A DNA stretch of 64,000 nt, taken from assembly GCF_002113885.1 (NCBI RefSeq), contig NW_018407439.1:58638-122637 (forward strand), given 5' to 3'. A model generated the notes under the pieces. It was given only the letters and a program-made list of their open reading frames with translations, did no database searches and was not told where the DNA came from. Both the position numbers and the translations under genes were made by a program. Shown in pieces: positions 1-13,700 of this stretch. The stretch's first letter is position 1. Each line of letters begins with the position of its first letter. This DNA comes from Mizuhopecten yessoensis. Lineage: Eukaryota.

Positions 1-1651
1 GACTGATAAGGATCTTTTAGCAAGCTCACAGATATAGCCAGCGGATGAAGTGATAGTCTACGACACGACTGATAAGGATGTTTTAGCAAGCTCACAGATA
101 AAGTCAGCGGATGAAGTGATAGTCAGGACTGATAAGGATCTTTTAGCAAGCTCACAAATATAGTCAGCGGATGAAGTGATAGTCTACGACAAGACTGATA
201 AGGATATTTTAGCAAGCTCACAGATATAGCCAGTGGATGAAGTGATAGTCTACGACAAGACTGATAAGGATCTTTTAGCAAGCTCACAGATATAGTCAGC
301 GGATGAAGTGATAGTCTACGACAAGAAACATAAGGATCTTTTAGCAAGCTCACAGATATAGCCCGCGGATGAAGTGATAGTCTACGACAGGACTGATAAG
401 GATGTTTTAGCAAGCTCACAGATAAAGTCAGCGGATGAAGTGATAGTCAGGACTGATAAGGATCTTTTAGCAAACTCACAAATATAGTCAGCGGATGAAG
501 TGATAGTCTACGACAAGACTGATAAGGATCGTTTAGCAAGGTCACAGATATAGTCAGCGGTGAAGTGATAATCTACGACAAGAAACATAAGGATCTTTTA
601 GCAAGCTCACAGATATAGCCAGCGGATGAAGTGATAGTCTACGACAGGACTGATAAGGATGTTTTAGCAAGCTCACAGATAAAGTCAGCGGATGAAGTGA
701 TAGTCAGGACTGATAAGGATCTTTTAGCAAGCTTACAAATATAGCCAGTGGATGAAGTGATAGTCTAGGACAAGACTGATAAGGATCTTTTAGCAAGCTC
801 ACATATATAGCCAGTGGATGAAGTGATAGTCTACGACAAGACTGATAAAGATCTTTTAGCAAGCTCACATATATAGTCAGCGGATGAAGTGATAGTCTAC
901 GACAAGACTGATAAGGATCGTTTAGCAAGGTCACAGATATAGTCAGCGGTGAAGTGATAATCTACGACAAGAAACATAAGGATCTTTTAGCAAGCTCACA
1001 GATATAGCCAGCGGATGAAGTGATAGTCTACGACAGGACTGATAAGGATGTTTTAGCAAGCTCACAGATAAAGTCAGCGGATGAAGTGATAGTCAGGACT
1101 GATAAGGATCTTTTAGCAAGCTCACAAATATAGTCAGCGGATGAAGTGATAGTCTACGACAAGACTGATAAGGATATTTTAGCAAGCTCACAGATATAGC
1201 CAGTGGATGAAGTGATAGTCTACGACAAGACTGATAAGGATCTTTTAGCAAGCTCACAGATATAGTCAGCGGATGAAGTGATAGTCTACGACAAGACTGA
1301 TAAGGATCTTTTAGCAAGCTCACAGATATAGTCAGCGGATGAAGTGATAGTCTACGACAAGACTGATAAGGATCTTTTAGCAAGCTCACAGATATAGTCA
1401 GCGGATGAAGTGATAGTCTACGACAAGACTGATAAGGATCTTTTAGCAAGCTCACAGATATAGCCAGCGGATGAAGTGATAGTCTACGACAAGACTGATA
1501 AGGATGTTTTAGCAAGCTCACAGATATAGCCAGCGGATGAAGTGATAGTCTACGACAGGACTGATAAGGATGTTTTAGCAAGCTCACAGATATAGCCAGC
1601 GGATGAAGTGATAGTCTACGACAGGACTGATAAGGATCTTTTAGCAAGCTC
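1..1651. repeat. 66-bp tandem array (about 25 units, runs off the window start) with recurring 60-bp deletion variants
   Basis: Unit GACTGATAAGGATCTTTTAGCAAGCTCACAGATATAGCCAGCGGATGAAGTGATAGTCTACGACAA; explains the 22-aa repeat ORFs. Confidence 0.97.
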
Positions 1652-2755
1652 TGCACTCTTTTATCCTTTTATATGTTGTATTCCCAGACTGTTATTTTAT
1701 ATCAAATTACGGTATTTTTTCCTAGTCAACGAATACATACCAGTATCCCATCTGTGTAACTTGCCTTTTAAAGAATGGAGATAAGAGTAAAATCGTGCTA
1801 CCACAAACATCTCTCAGTAATTGGGTTGGGCCCGTGGGTTTGTCAACTTCTGCGTCTGCACATGTCAGTCAATAGACACGACCTGCTACGGGGTTTTCCT
1901 AAACTCTGTTTCCAAGATATTCAGTTCCTCGTCAGTTGGAAGAATAACTTCCAGTCCATAAATAAATATCGCTTCTTTGTACAAGGATAGAGACCAGTTT
2001 GTCCTCATCAGACTGTACAAAGCTCTCCTTCCTTTAGTGAGGTTATCAATTGTAGTTGAAGAAGCTGTTTTATAGGGGGTTGGTTGTTGTTACATCAAAA
2101 TGATGTCCAAGTGGGTGGTTATTCGAGACGTACCGCCCTTCCTATACTGTATATCTGTCAGAAGTCTGTTGATAAACAGCTTGTTGTATAAGTTCGGTGC
2201 TAAGTGCAATGTATACTTGTAGTGAGTAGTTGTACCAATGCCTCTTCGCGTTAGCGTTTTCATCTTTGCTGATGTTTTGTAGAATCTCCCTTGTTTTCCG
2301 TTGAATTCCAATGTCAATGATCTATCTGTCTACAAATAGCTACGACCGATTGCAATATCAATATATAATTAAACTATATCAATATATAATTAAACTATAT
2401 CAATATATAATTAAATTAAAGACAAATTCAGAACGTGGTGTTTAATCACATTTTATTGCGGTAATCACAAGTATACTGTACACATGGAAGGGAAGATAAG
2501 AACTTATATTTAAATTGCTAAAACCATCAACAAAAACTCATAAATCCCTTACTTCTTTAACAACAAGTCAGATTTTTATTTTACTTTCTTATTTAGGAGA
2601 GGAGTGTATGAAAGAAGACAGAAATAATATCTGAAATGAGAAAACTGTTATCGATTATTAAAGAAAAATTACAAGCTCAAGAGAAAATTCTGTTTTTGGA
2701 CAGGCGAACACCTTACAAAGGTGAGGAGAGATGTTTAGCATAATGATTCAGAGGA

Positions 2756-3399
2756 ACATGAGCCTTAGAGGGCCTGTTCCATTCACCTGGACTATTAAAA
2801 CAATCATAGCAAATTATTCTCGACAACAGTAATATTTCAGATAAAACCCAAGGGACAGGGACAGGGACAGTCATCCAGTCAAATCTTCATACTCGGCAGT
2901 TGCGTATATTACTATTGGGGCAGTTCTCGGATGTTTCCATGCTGTTACCAAGGGAAACAGTTCCTTAAGGTGGGTGGGGGGCATGTGGCAGACCCAAAGG
3001 CCAATTCTTCTCCATGTTTGAAATCTGGGGATATTTTTCAACCAAACATATACTGTACCTATGATAGCTATCTCTTAATTCAAGAGAAGATATTGCTTAA
3101 ACCAATATGACTAAATTATCCCAAGGGGACCGGTCCCTCCATTAGTACAATCATATATAGTTTGGTTGATATCAATCTCATAGGGCTTGAGGAAAGCAAT
3201 ATGGTCAATTTACCCTTTTTTGGCTCCTCTCCTTATCCCGAGGTTGTCCAACCCATCAGTTGTAAAATTTTGAATCTTCATGATCAAAGGATGCTTCCAG
3301 TCAAATTAAATCAACAGTTCAGTAGAAGCTGTTAACAGACAAGGAAATCTACCCTAGGTCATAAGCTCACATTGGTCCTACAGACCAGGTGAGCTAAAA
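2756..3399 (-). mobile_element. Degenerate non-autonomous Helentron (HINE)-type element
   Basis: One end AGCTCAC...GTGAGCTAAAA (sub-terminal inverted repeat plus T-run on minus); other end has the palindrome relic GAGCC..GGGCCTG..TCACCTG. Confidence 0.55.
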
Positions 3400-3436
3400 C
3401 GTAGTGGGAAAAGTAGATTGATGACAAGATGTCTAT

Positions 3437-3723
3437 AACAAGAGGCCCAATGGGCCTGCATCGCTCACCTGTTATTAATCTAACACTTGTAATCTTAAGA
3501 TTTCATAAGAACCTATTAAAAGATTTAAAAATATGACGCCTCTGACCTTGATTGTCGAACAAGGACATTAGGTTGAAAGTGGATCAAGGTCATTCATTTG
3601 AACTAACATGGTAATCCTTCATCCCGGCATGCTACAGGCCAAATTTCAGTACCCTGGCCCTTTTGCTTATTGAAAAGAAGTCGCTTGAAGATTTTACGAC
3701 ATTTGACCCCTGTGACCTTGAAA
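3437..3723 (-). mobile_element. HINE-type element terminus, cut at the N at 3724
   Basis: AACAAGAGGCCCAATGGGCCTGCATCGCTCACCTG terminal palindrome plus subTIR; TGACCTTG repeats inside. Confidence 0.6.
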
Positions 3724-4479
3724 NAATGTATATATACAAATATGTTCAATTAACATATTTAGAAGACACAACTGGAGAATTTCATTTAACACCGGATCAG
3801 TCTGTTTCTGATGTACATGTTAGGTAAACAACCTCACTATGAAAGCTGCTTATTGTAACATCCCACAGGTAGAAAAATATGTAACAACAAACACTTGGCT
3901 TTCCGGTAACACTTGAACTTCTTACCAGAAATAAATGATAGTATGAAATGGAGTAAAAATAATAATAACATGTGCTGATGAAAACAAAACTGGTTATCTG
4001 ATTGGTACATTTAAACCTCACAGTATAATGAGTAAATGACATTAAGTTGAACACTTGTAATCATGTTTAAATTGCAGTCTTTAACAAATTATGGCAACAA
4101 CTTTTTTCTTTCTCAAAGCATAAATGGCACTGCAACGTATTTTGGAACTTGGCAAAACAAGCGATAAACAAGAGTAGGGTAGGGATCTCGACTGTTTGCA
4201 TGTTATGACCCAGGGAGTAAGTCCCTAGGGGTGGGGCCAAACTAAAGAAAATTCCTGGTAGCACAAGTGTATTTGTCTCTTTATGCCTAGCAATTCTATA
4301 TATGGTTTTAGAGTGAGGACCTCAACTGTTTCCATGTTATAACCCAGTGAATAAGCTTTAGGGGTTGGGCTGGACTTCTGGGCCAATCAAAGTAGCATGA
4401 TTATCTTCGTCTCTTCATAGGGTTGGGGATACAAACCACATCAAAGTTACATAGGTATGACATAACTTCTCCCTTTAGG

Positions 4480-4800
4480 CCCAACTTATCTGCCCCCACA
4501 GAGGCCACATCCTCTGTTTATACACCACTGAATTTCCATGGGCCAAGTGTGCTCTAGACAAATTTTTCAGCAAAAATCTCTACATTTGTACTAAAGGAGT
4601 ACTTAAGACTTTAAAGATTAATCTCTATTTTCCTTATTGGGGCCAACCTCTTAGCCCTATACAACATTCAATCCCTTTGGCAAAGGATGTTTCAATACCA
4701 AATTCTGGACTAGAAGCATTTTAAAGGATGAGTTGATGACTGATGGACTCCCCCGCCGATAACATAATCTCACCAGTCTCGGATCAGGTGAGCTGAAAAA
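4480..4800 (-). mobile_element. HINE-type fragment
   Basis: Ends ATCTCACC...AGGTGAGCTGAAAAA, the same terminus type as at 3360-3399. Confidence 0.45.
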
Positions 4801-7399
4801 CCATATCAAAAGCATGAAATATGTACCATTCTTCATTACTTGACAAATGAAGGGATTAGTATCATCATTCATGTATTATTGCAAGGTAAATTCTAATCAT
4901 CTTATCATGGCTAAATTTCTTTACTTTTTAATATTAAAACAATTCAAAATGGCAAAATTTATTGTCTGACAACATTTAAGTATCCAGACATAATCATAAC
5001 CTCACAACAATCAGCATAGCCTTGGATTCCAGGGCTACCACTATTGCAACATGTAAGCAAAAGCAGATTTTGACAGCAAATAATTTATTTACATATCTTA
5101 TTTGTTATACATAGGTGATTGGTTGAACACAATGATACTGACGTCTTTAAGTTGTTTAATAGACTGATTGATGTATGAGTTTACAAGTTTCATCCTCCAA
5201 TTTATATTACACCAACATTTGACCTAATACTCACAATTGATTTGGAAATACTCCAAGCTTCAAAGAGTTAACTCCCTTCACATATGTACTGGTAATGCTT
5301 TATTAAATTTTTACAACATGCACTTGCATTTTCCAGCTATTAATGCAGTCTTTTTATATTTGTAGATAAAATGGGAACAAAAGTTTTCAATTTTAGTGTT
5401 TCAGGTGTCTAAACCCCAATAAACTGCACCATTGACTGTACATAGAGACAATGATCCACTTCAGGGGAGGTAACAACATCAGTTAACAATAATAAAAACA
5501 AAGTTTGTATAATAAATAGGACATTATTTACATTATCAGCAAAAATTGTGTAAAATAATATCAACAATAATGTAAATGAACATAAAAATGTTCAACAATA
5601 TAGCACTGTCAACAAAATATTTACCAAAAACCTCTTTGGTGATTGTAATGATACAATTAATAAAAGTTGTACACTTGTCGGCAGGCACAAAATCAGCCGA
5701 GTACCGGCAACACACACTCACACACACATATATATACACTGTACAATTATAGATATTGTACGCAAGGAATAGCTTTCCCATTCAGACACGCTAATCTGCA
5801 TAACACTGTAAAACACACATATAAAGTGTCATACAATTAAGAGTTAGATTACATATTTAGTTATACCCTAAAATCATGTATTAAATCAATGGCTTATTTT
5901 AAAACTTATTTTTAGTAGAACAACTTTTAAAATTTACTACAAAATTACTGAAACAAAAAGTTATCTCAGGTTGTGCATACCAACTTTCTCCCTTGCATTA
6001 ATATGGTATTAATTACATTGTATCATATTGTCTTGTTAACTTGTGTTAATTCAGATAAACACATCCATCTGAATAATTTAGATGCTGTTAACTTGTGGTG
6101 ATTATTTTCTCACACAACCATGAAAATGTGGCACACACAGAAGTATTGTACGTTCTTCACACATTTGCTTTCATTTATTAACAAAACAATGACACTATAG
6201 TAGTTCTAACTCTGCGACAGCACATGCTTTACATTGATTACATATTTCAGTATTGACAATTGCTTTCAGAACCTTCAATGTTGTCTCTGAATACAGTTGA
6301 TATGTATTTAAGGACAGGCAATAAACATTCAATACTCTTTCTGAACGATATGTTTTTAACGGGAATACATAGAGCGATTCCATAAATCTTTAAAACACTG
6401 ATGTGAAAATAAGTTCAGATGTCACATGAACTGGCCAATGATCAGTTCAAAGATGATGCTATTTAAAAGTTAATGGTAGTTTCTAGGTAAAAATCATAAC
6501 ACATGCACAAATGAACACTAATCCTACACACACTCAGGAAGCCAGTAATCCCATAGACACAAATGTACACTAATCCTACACACACTTGAAAACCAATAGT
6601 CCTCACACACACACATGTAAAGTGTACATGAACCCTACACACACTCAGGAATCCAATAATCCACACACACATATACATCAACCGTACACACACTCAGGAA
6701 GCCAATAATACACACACACACATGTACACCAATAATACACACATTCAAGAAACGAGTCATCTTACTTAATGAAATACCATGAGCCAGTAAAGCAGCAAAT
6801 TTCAATCAATTTGCTTCATAAAAAGAGAACACATGGCTATCTACTGGAAAGACAAAGATTGGTTTTAAAAATCAGTACATAACACCACATTATTTGTTCA
6901 TGTTGTAATAACTTTCTCGTAAAAATTCATTACAGCACTTTTAACAAAATGTAAGATTGACTCAATAACTTCTAAGATTACTGGTAGCACCATCAACAAC
7001 TCACTATAGCACTATAAACAGATGTTACACATACCTTTATGCTAATTTTCATTGCTTGTGTACTTTTTTCTAAATTGATAAACATGTGATGATCTAAATA
7101 TTTACACAGTGTAAATGAACTATGAAGTAATCTTTTCTGGTTACCATTGAACACTTTTTTCATGTATTCCAACACCACATCAGCTCTGTAAATGGTTACA
7201 ATCCTACCAATTATAATGTACATAATCAAGTTAATTTCACCTCTACTCTTTACCTTTGTCTATTCTATGTATCAGTTAATTTCACCTCTACTATTTACCT
7301 TTGTCTATTCTATGTATCTTAATTGTTTTGTTTAAGATATATAACACAAGGTTTTAAGTGGCAGTCGTCTTGTAACACGTTTTTTAATATGATCTGAAT

Positions 7400-7610
7400 T
7401 ACTGTAACATACTTTTTGAGTGGATTTTAGCATATTATTGAATTTCAATCAATTTAGCAAATTGGTGAATTGGCACTCTCACAATATACGCAATAGGAAA
7501 CTACATATAGAAACTTCAATGTGAATTAGTGCAACCATAATTTAGCGCAATATTGAAAGCCAGAAAAGGGCCAAAATTAGAATACTGCTAAAATATGTTT
7601 GTTCACAGTA
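7400..7610. mobile_element. Degenerate TA-flanked MITE (Tc1/mariner-type ends) in the IBTK 3' UTR
   Basis: Ends TACTGTAACATAC... and ...GTTTGTTCACAGTA are imperfect inverted repeats. Confidence 0.5.
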
Positions 7611-7627
7611 TTGATCAGATATTTGCT

Positions 7628-7750
7628 TTACGACTTTTTCCATAACGGTGTTGCCATTTGCTGCACGACCCTTTCCACTGTAATCTGTTCGTTAAAGTTG
7701 TCGGCAGCCCGGTAGTACACCAAAAGCTCCTGTATAGCCTGTTCCTCTAT
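7628..7750 (-). CDS. IBTK: IBTK last coding exon
   Basis: IEEQAIQELLVYYRAADNFNEQITVERVVQQMATPLWKKS*; stop TAA at 7630-7628. Confidence 0.93.
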   Translation of the reverse strand: MEEQAIQELLVYYRAADNFNEQITVERVVQQMATPLWKKS

Positions 7751-10700
7751 CTGGCAACATAAACAAATTTAAAGGAACTTGTTATTAATATGTTAATCAT
7801 TTGGTATTTTCTTTATTTCAAAAAAATATATAAATAAATATAGATAAACATTTTTTTTCTCTCGCTACAATCCATCCTTGGGTCTGATCAAAAGTTGAAG
7901 TGGAAACCATATGTCAAATAGTATAAGCATAAAATACAATTTTCTTTGAAATTTAGCATATGAATTTGTTGTGTTTCCATGTCCGTAAATGCTCCTTCTT
8001 AAGTTCTATGGTCTGGCGATATAGGGGTTCTCACTTCTGGTTGAAGCAGCCTTATAATGAACTGTAGTTTGATGATTCAATCTAATATCCAATTATTCCA
8101 TAATTTTTTCTGAGAAACAGGATATTATACATTGTTGAAGAGATCCACTGTATATCTTAACAGTGTGCAATTCTTCCTACCTACCTGGATCAAGCCGAGG
8201 GGTTTCCTGGCCAGCTTAGCCAGGGTCTCAAACCGCTGCTCTTCATCCTTGACAATGTCAGTGAAGCTCACAGAATCCCCAGGGGAGGGGCTGGCGATGA
8301 CTCTTTTAGTCCAGGGGTTGTCCAGGCTCCTGGGACTCAAAGGCTCCTCCGTTATGGGGTCACTCAGCGAGCCCTCATTTCGTACACGACCTGTTGGTAT
8401 TCCCCAACTGCAAGATCAATGCAAAACTGTAATGATTGTCGACTGATTGTGACAAGGATACAAAGGTTAAATTGTACCACTTCAAATGATTAAGTCTTGC
8501 GAGTCTTCATAGATATAGAAGGAGCAGATACAATCTTCTATTTACATAAACCACTTTTGAAACGTCATTTCCAGGGTCGGACTTCAGGAAACAGCAGTTT
8601 TAACGCTTGTGATCTGAAATGGAATCTATCAACGTCCATTACCTGACTGTGGGTTTTGGTTTTGATCCCTTGTGCGGTACAGGATTTGTTTGGATGGTCT
8701 GTTTTGATGGTGAGGATTTTTTGACTACACTAGAGCTATCCTCGGACATCAGATCTCTGAACGGTTTTACTGTGGTGTTCACATCACCCCTGGAAATAAG
8801 ACAAAAATTAATTATCCTGGTACATCAGAAATGATTACCTTATTTAAATTAACAAATAAAAAAATGGAATTACCAGTTCAAATAGTGTTGAATATATTAA
8901 CATATTTATTCATTTCACGATGTCCTCCATGACTAATACCAGATAGTTAGCTGGGGCTAGACTTTAGATGAAAATTTGATTGAAAATCAAGTTGTTGTTT
9001 TTTTTTAAAATATTGTTCAAATAATTTCAGCAGAGTTTTCTGAGTTTGTTTGCGTGTTGTGGAAATTTCAAATTAATTACTAGAGTAAGATACGTTTACC
9101 ATGGACATGCTGGTTTGTTGGGGGTGGGGCTGGTTTGGGGCTCCGTTTCATTACTTCCCACCGGTGGCTGACTACTACTGCTCACGGCCACAGCTTTCTG
9201 GTGTTTCTTGGCTTCCTTCCAGGAAAACTTGGAGCTGCTCTTGATTGGACTTTTAATCCTGAGGTAAGCATGAACATAAAATAAGAATATCTTTGTTCTT
9301 AAATACAAACAATTGCTACTGAAAAAGTAGCACATCAGGTATATTTACAACCATTTACAAGTTAAATAGAATTTACCAAGATTGTAGATTCAGTGTACAA
9401 GCTGATCAACATACCAGTATAGTACATGGCTAACATTTATCGTTCATATGTCTTCTACAGTTCATTGTCATCTTGAACCTTTGAACAATCTGAAGCAGAT
9501 CAGTAGTACCTAGAGATATTTGTGGTATCTCAGTGTAACTCAATGTGATGAGTTTGATATTGCCTAAGACAAAATACCAAGTAGACCAGTTTGTTTTCCC
9601 TACCTCCTGTTTTCTTCCTCCATGATCTCTCTAAGACTGAGTCCAGCACTTGAAACTCTGGGGCTTATCATATCCGTGGTCGAGACAGGAAGTACACTAG
9701 GAGTGGTGATTTTCTGTGGAGTAGGAGATTTCTGTGGAGTAGGAGATTTCTGTGGAGTAGGAGATTTCTGCCAGGCCACCACCACTGGCTGCACTGCCGC
9801 TGGGGAAGTCACAGAGGTGGTAGAGGTCACAGGTAAGGGATCATGTGACCTTGAGGTCAGGCTGATTGTTAGTGGTTTCTGGGTATTCTTGAATCTAGAT
9901 TTGTTCTTCCTTGGTAATGCTTCTTCCCTTGGCAACATCTTCTCGTTCAAATGTTTTTCGGTTTTGCTATCTTCCACTGGACTCTGAAACATTACAACAT
10001 TATTGTAAAGAACGTATCAACTCTACCAGGGAATGTAACTCTTTTTAAACTTGGAATGAAGATATTGCTTATTGCTGCAAAGCTGTAAAAGATTTCTACC
10101 GTGTACAGTGCTAGGATATTTTTAAAAGTGATCTTGGTAATGTGGCTCTGTAAACACACCACTATAGTGAACAATCCCATGCAAGTAACACAAAGTATTA
10201 CTTTGTAATAAATAATGTGAAAGTACCTGTATAGATTCAGAACAGTTATTAGTACCTGTACAGCTTCAGTGTTGTCAGGACTAGTAGCAAGTAAGTTAAG
10301 GATGTTATCTAAGCTTTCCTCCTCAGACCTAACACTGGTATCTGAGCTGACTGAGATCTGTCGATCCCGTTTGTGTGGGGTGATCTGTGCTGACTTTTCA
10401 AATTCCTCACTCAAGCTTTTCTGACGGCTTCTCCTCTTCTTTGACTTGTTTTTCTTGTGACTGCCTTCACTAGAAGGCGTAGGGCCTTCTCTGTCCATGT
10501 CTACTACCAGAGATTCCAGAAAATTCTTACTAGGCCCGTCAAAGTACGGTGTAACTATACGCCGGGACATTGCTTCGGTCTTTTTGTGGTAGTAGGTGGT
10601 CAGACCAGCCAAGACATCGTCACTCAATACATCAAGGTGTCTGTGTTAACACAGAAAAATGACTTATTGCTTACTGAGTGCAAGTACGATAGTACAGAGA

Positions 10701-13700
10701 ACAGTAAAAGGCAAGCTCCAAGAAATTGCAAACATATGCCAGCTCTATTGTCACTTTTAAATGTATAGAAAAGTAGTAAATATAATTGTAACATACCTGC
10801 CCTCAAACATGGCGGCCAGGTTGATGACGATGAACTCCTGACAGGCAGCCCGCAGTTGATGTGCATTGTAAACACAGGAAAACTCTAGGATCTCCGACAC
10901 GTTCTTCAGGTTAACTGGAAAACACAACAGTGAAAATTTTGATTTTCTTTTTCTCTTCTCTTTTTCTTGTTAAGGGTCTGGATGCAATTATTTTTTTCAT
11001 TACAAATGCTCTACCTAATTATGTAGAGAAACCTTTTATATGTGAAATAGAGAAAATTAAGATTAAACCTTACTGAGTGTGGTGATGGACACCTCACATA
11101 TCTCCTTTAGTCTGCTAATCAACAACTGGTCAGCTGACACCAGGATGTTACACAGGAACTCAGCGTTGACGCACTCTGTAAATAAATATTTAAACCTTTG
11201 TAAATTTATTACTGTTAGGTCATTATAATATTGATGTAAACCATAAAAGTGTTTAGTGTTAGAAACCATTATAATTTATGGCAATAAATTTATTAGAAAA
11301 TAAAATTGCATTTATTTTTAATAAGATCATCATGCCAATAGTAGAAAATTAAGACAAAATTCAAAGTCAATTGAAGTGTTACTGAATAGATGATATAATG
11401 CAAGGCAGAAATTAAAATTGACTGAAAAGGGGGCACTTTTATGAAGTGAGGATACTTTGTCTGGCAAAGATTAAATGCCATACCCACCTTCCACTTTAAC
11501 AGAGGAGTCTGTGTACAGAAAGTCTACGAGTATCACCAGTATGTCGCCAGAAACAGGTAGAGAGAGAGATTTTGTGTTGGATGTCTGAAATACAATTCAT
11601 CCAGGTCATCTACATACTTAAAATATGGTGCTTATGTCATAAACATTGTTTCAGGTCAAATTCATCAACACAAACATCATCTATAAACAAAATCAGATAA
11701 AGTTCACCCACATAAGTTTTAAACAGGATCAGGTCAAACTTGCTTTACACTATCAAACATCAATAATTAGTTCAGAATTTTTGGAAAATTCAAACAAGAA
11801 TCCTCGAAATTCTGTACTTAATGTGAAGTTTGTGAAAATGAGTTCAGGTTTGCATTACAATAACATGTGTTAAGCTATCAGAATTTCAAACCAAAATTCC
11901 GTAGTTAGATTACCTAAAAAAATATCAACCTTCAAATAAGACTTCAACTCAGCATTGTCAATAAAACTTTTTCTGTGAAGTCAGTTTTTGTAATCTTTGT
12001 CATCAAATAAAATAAATTAAGTTATTTAACAGCTTAAATAAGCAAGTAATTTCAATATCATGTCAAAGTCATTAGCAATAGATGCATACAAGTATATTTT
12101 TAACATGATTCTTTGGGAATTAGGATGATTGGATAAGGTGAAGTTACTGGCAGTCAACATCAGGAGATAAAAGATGTTCATTGTTCAGGCTACTTACCTC
12201 GACCCAGCCACTGCCTAGCATGCTGTGGAAGTACTCCAGTCTGGCCACTAACACACACTTGTGACAGTGGATCACTGTGTCACTGTCTGATTGGATACTA
12301 ACATCATACAGATCACATCTGTGGACAAAAACAATTTTACAATACATGGATAAGACTATCAATTACCTTGGTCATTTTCCTATGAATCTCACATGTTATT
12401 TCAATTAGAAAAAAACACACCTGATTTCTCCCTCTATTCAAAAATGTATTTGTACAGAGTGTTATTATGAAATAAGCCAGAGAAATATTAAAAGGTGGGC
12501 AGATCCCCCTTAACTATTGATGGTGGGAAGTATGTCCTTGATGTCACTACTGTATTAACACAATAATGAATTTACTCATGTTGGGGCAAGCGTCTCCCTA
12601 AATGACCTCTGTAGTGGTATAAGTGATATTTGAATTATTAAACTAGAGCTTTATCACATTGACCCTTACTGCAATGCAATCCGAGCTCACTATATTAACA
12701 ATTTCAAGAGACATTTAAAGTCTTAACTCACAACTTGTGTCTGTCAAACTTCATCTTTGGTACAGTGGAATGTTTCTTGGCCAGCTCAATTCCTCCATTC
12801 ACATACTTCACTGTCTCCAGTCTAAGTGTAACAAATAAAATAACAGCTTCAAAGTTACAAAAATAAGGAATAAAGAAATCTTAAATATTCTATGAATTTA
12901 AAACCTTCTTGATTTCAATAGTAGTTATTCTTGAAAATAAGAACTTTCAAAATTTTCAAAATGATTTTGTGCTGTTTCTGAAAAACACAAGTTTTGTACC
13001 TAATATATCCTAGAAATCCTGTTCATTGATTTACCTCTTCCCCAATCCTTTAACTCCAAATTTCTTGGCAGCATCCATCAGCATTTTGACAGGGTTCTTA
13101 GTTCTGGCCTTGTTGCCATTATCTTTGATCTCTTTACTGGCACTCTTCATTTTCTGACGAACCTCAAATGCTGACAACTCTTTCCCAGATTTGGAGAAGA
13201 AAATATCAGGACTGTCTCCCTTCTCCACCTCATTCCTGTCAAACCCGTCCCCCTGACCCTGAGGAGGGGGTGTCCATGGACTCAGGTCAAACTTTGTCCC
13301 CGGGGTAAGGAGGCTGCAGGTGTCAGTATACAGGAAGGTCAGTAATTGCTCAAATATATCTGGGTGTATATCATCAATATAGATAACCTGATGATCAGTT
13401 AATGAATCTTTCTTTTTGGACTCGGCCAGAAGTTTGTGGAAGTAGTCACTCCTGCTAAGTAGGATGTACTTATGGGCTGGCCATGTATGCCCACCTGCCT
13501 ATAAATAATGGAAACATTATTTTCACAATATGCCAAGATGATACAAATCTTATCTATATTCAGAGATCTGAGATAAGTTGCTCACTAACATAAGAACATG
13601 CAACATGAAATTGGTTAGATCGCCATGTTTTGGACAATTCGTGTCGGACCATTTCTCATGTGCAGAGATTCAGGTCATCTTAATGATAAAGATGTTTTGT

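Noticed and set aside
123-1656. Repetitive ORFs (SLLKDPYQSCRRLSLHPL...) and similar ones at 34957, 39401-40094, 40951-42565 and 63531-63996
   Set aside because: They are read-through of tandem DNA repeats, broken by indels and stops, with no splice or domain support.
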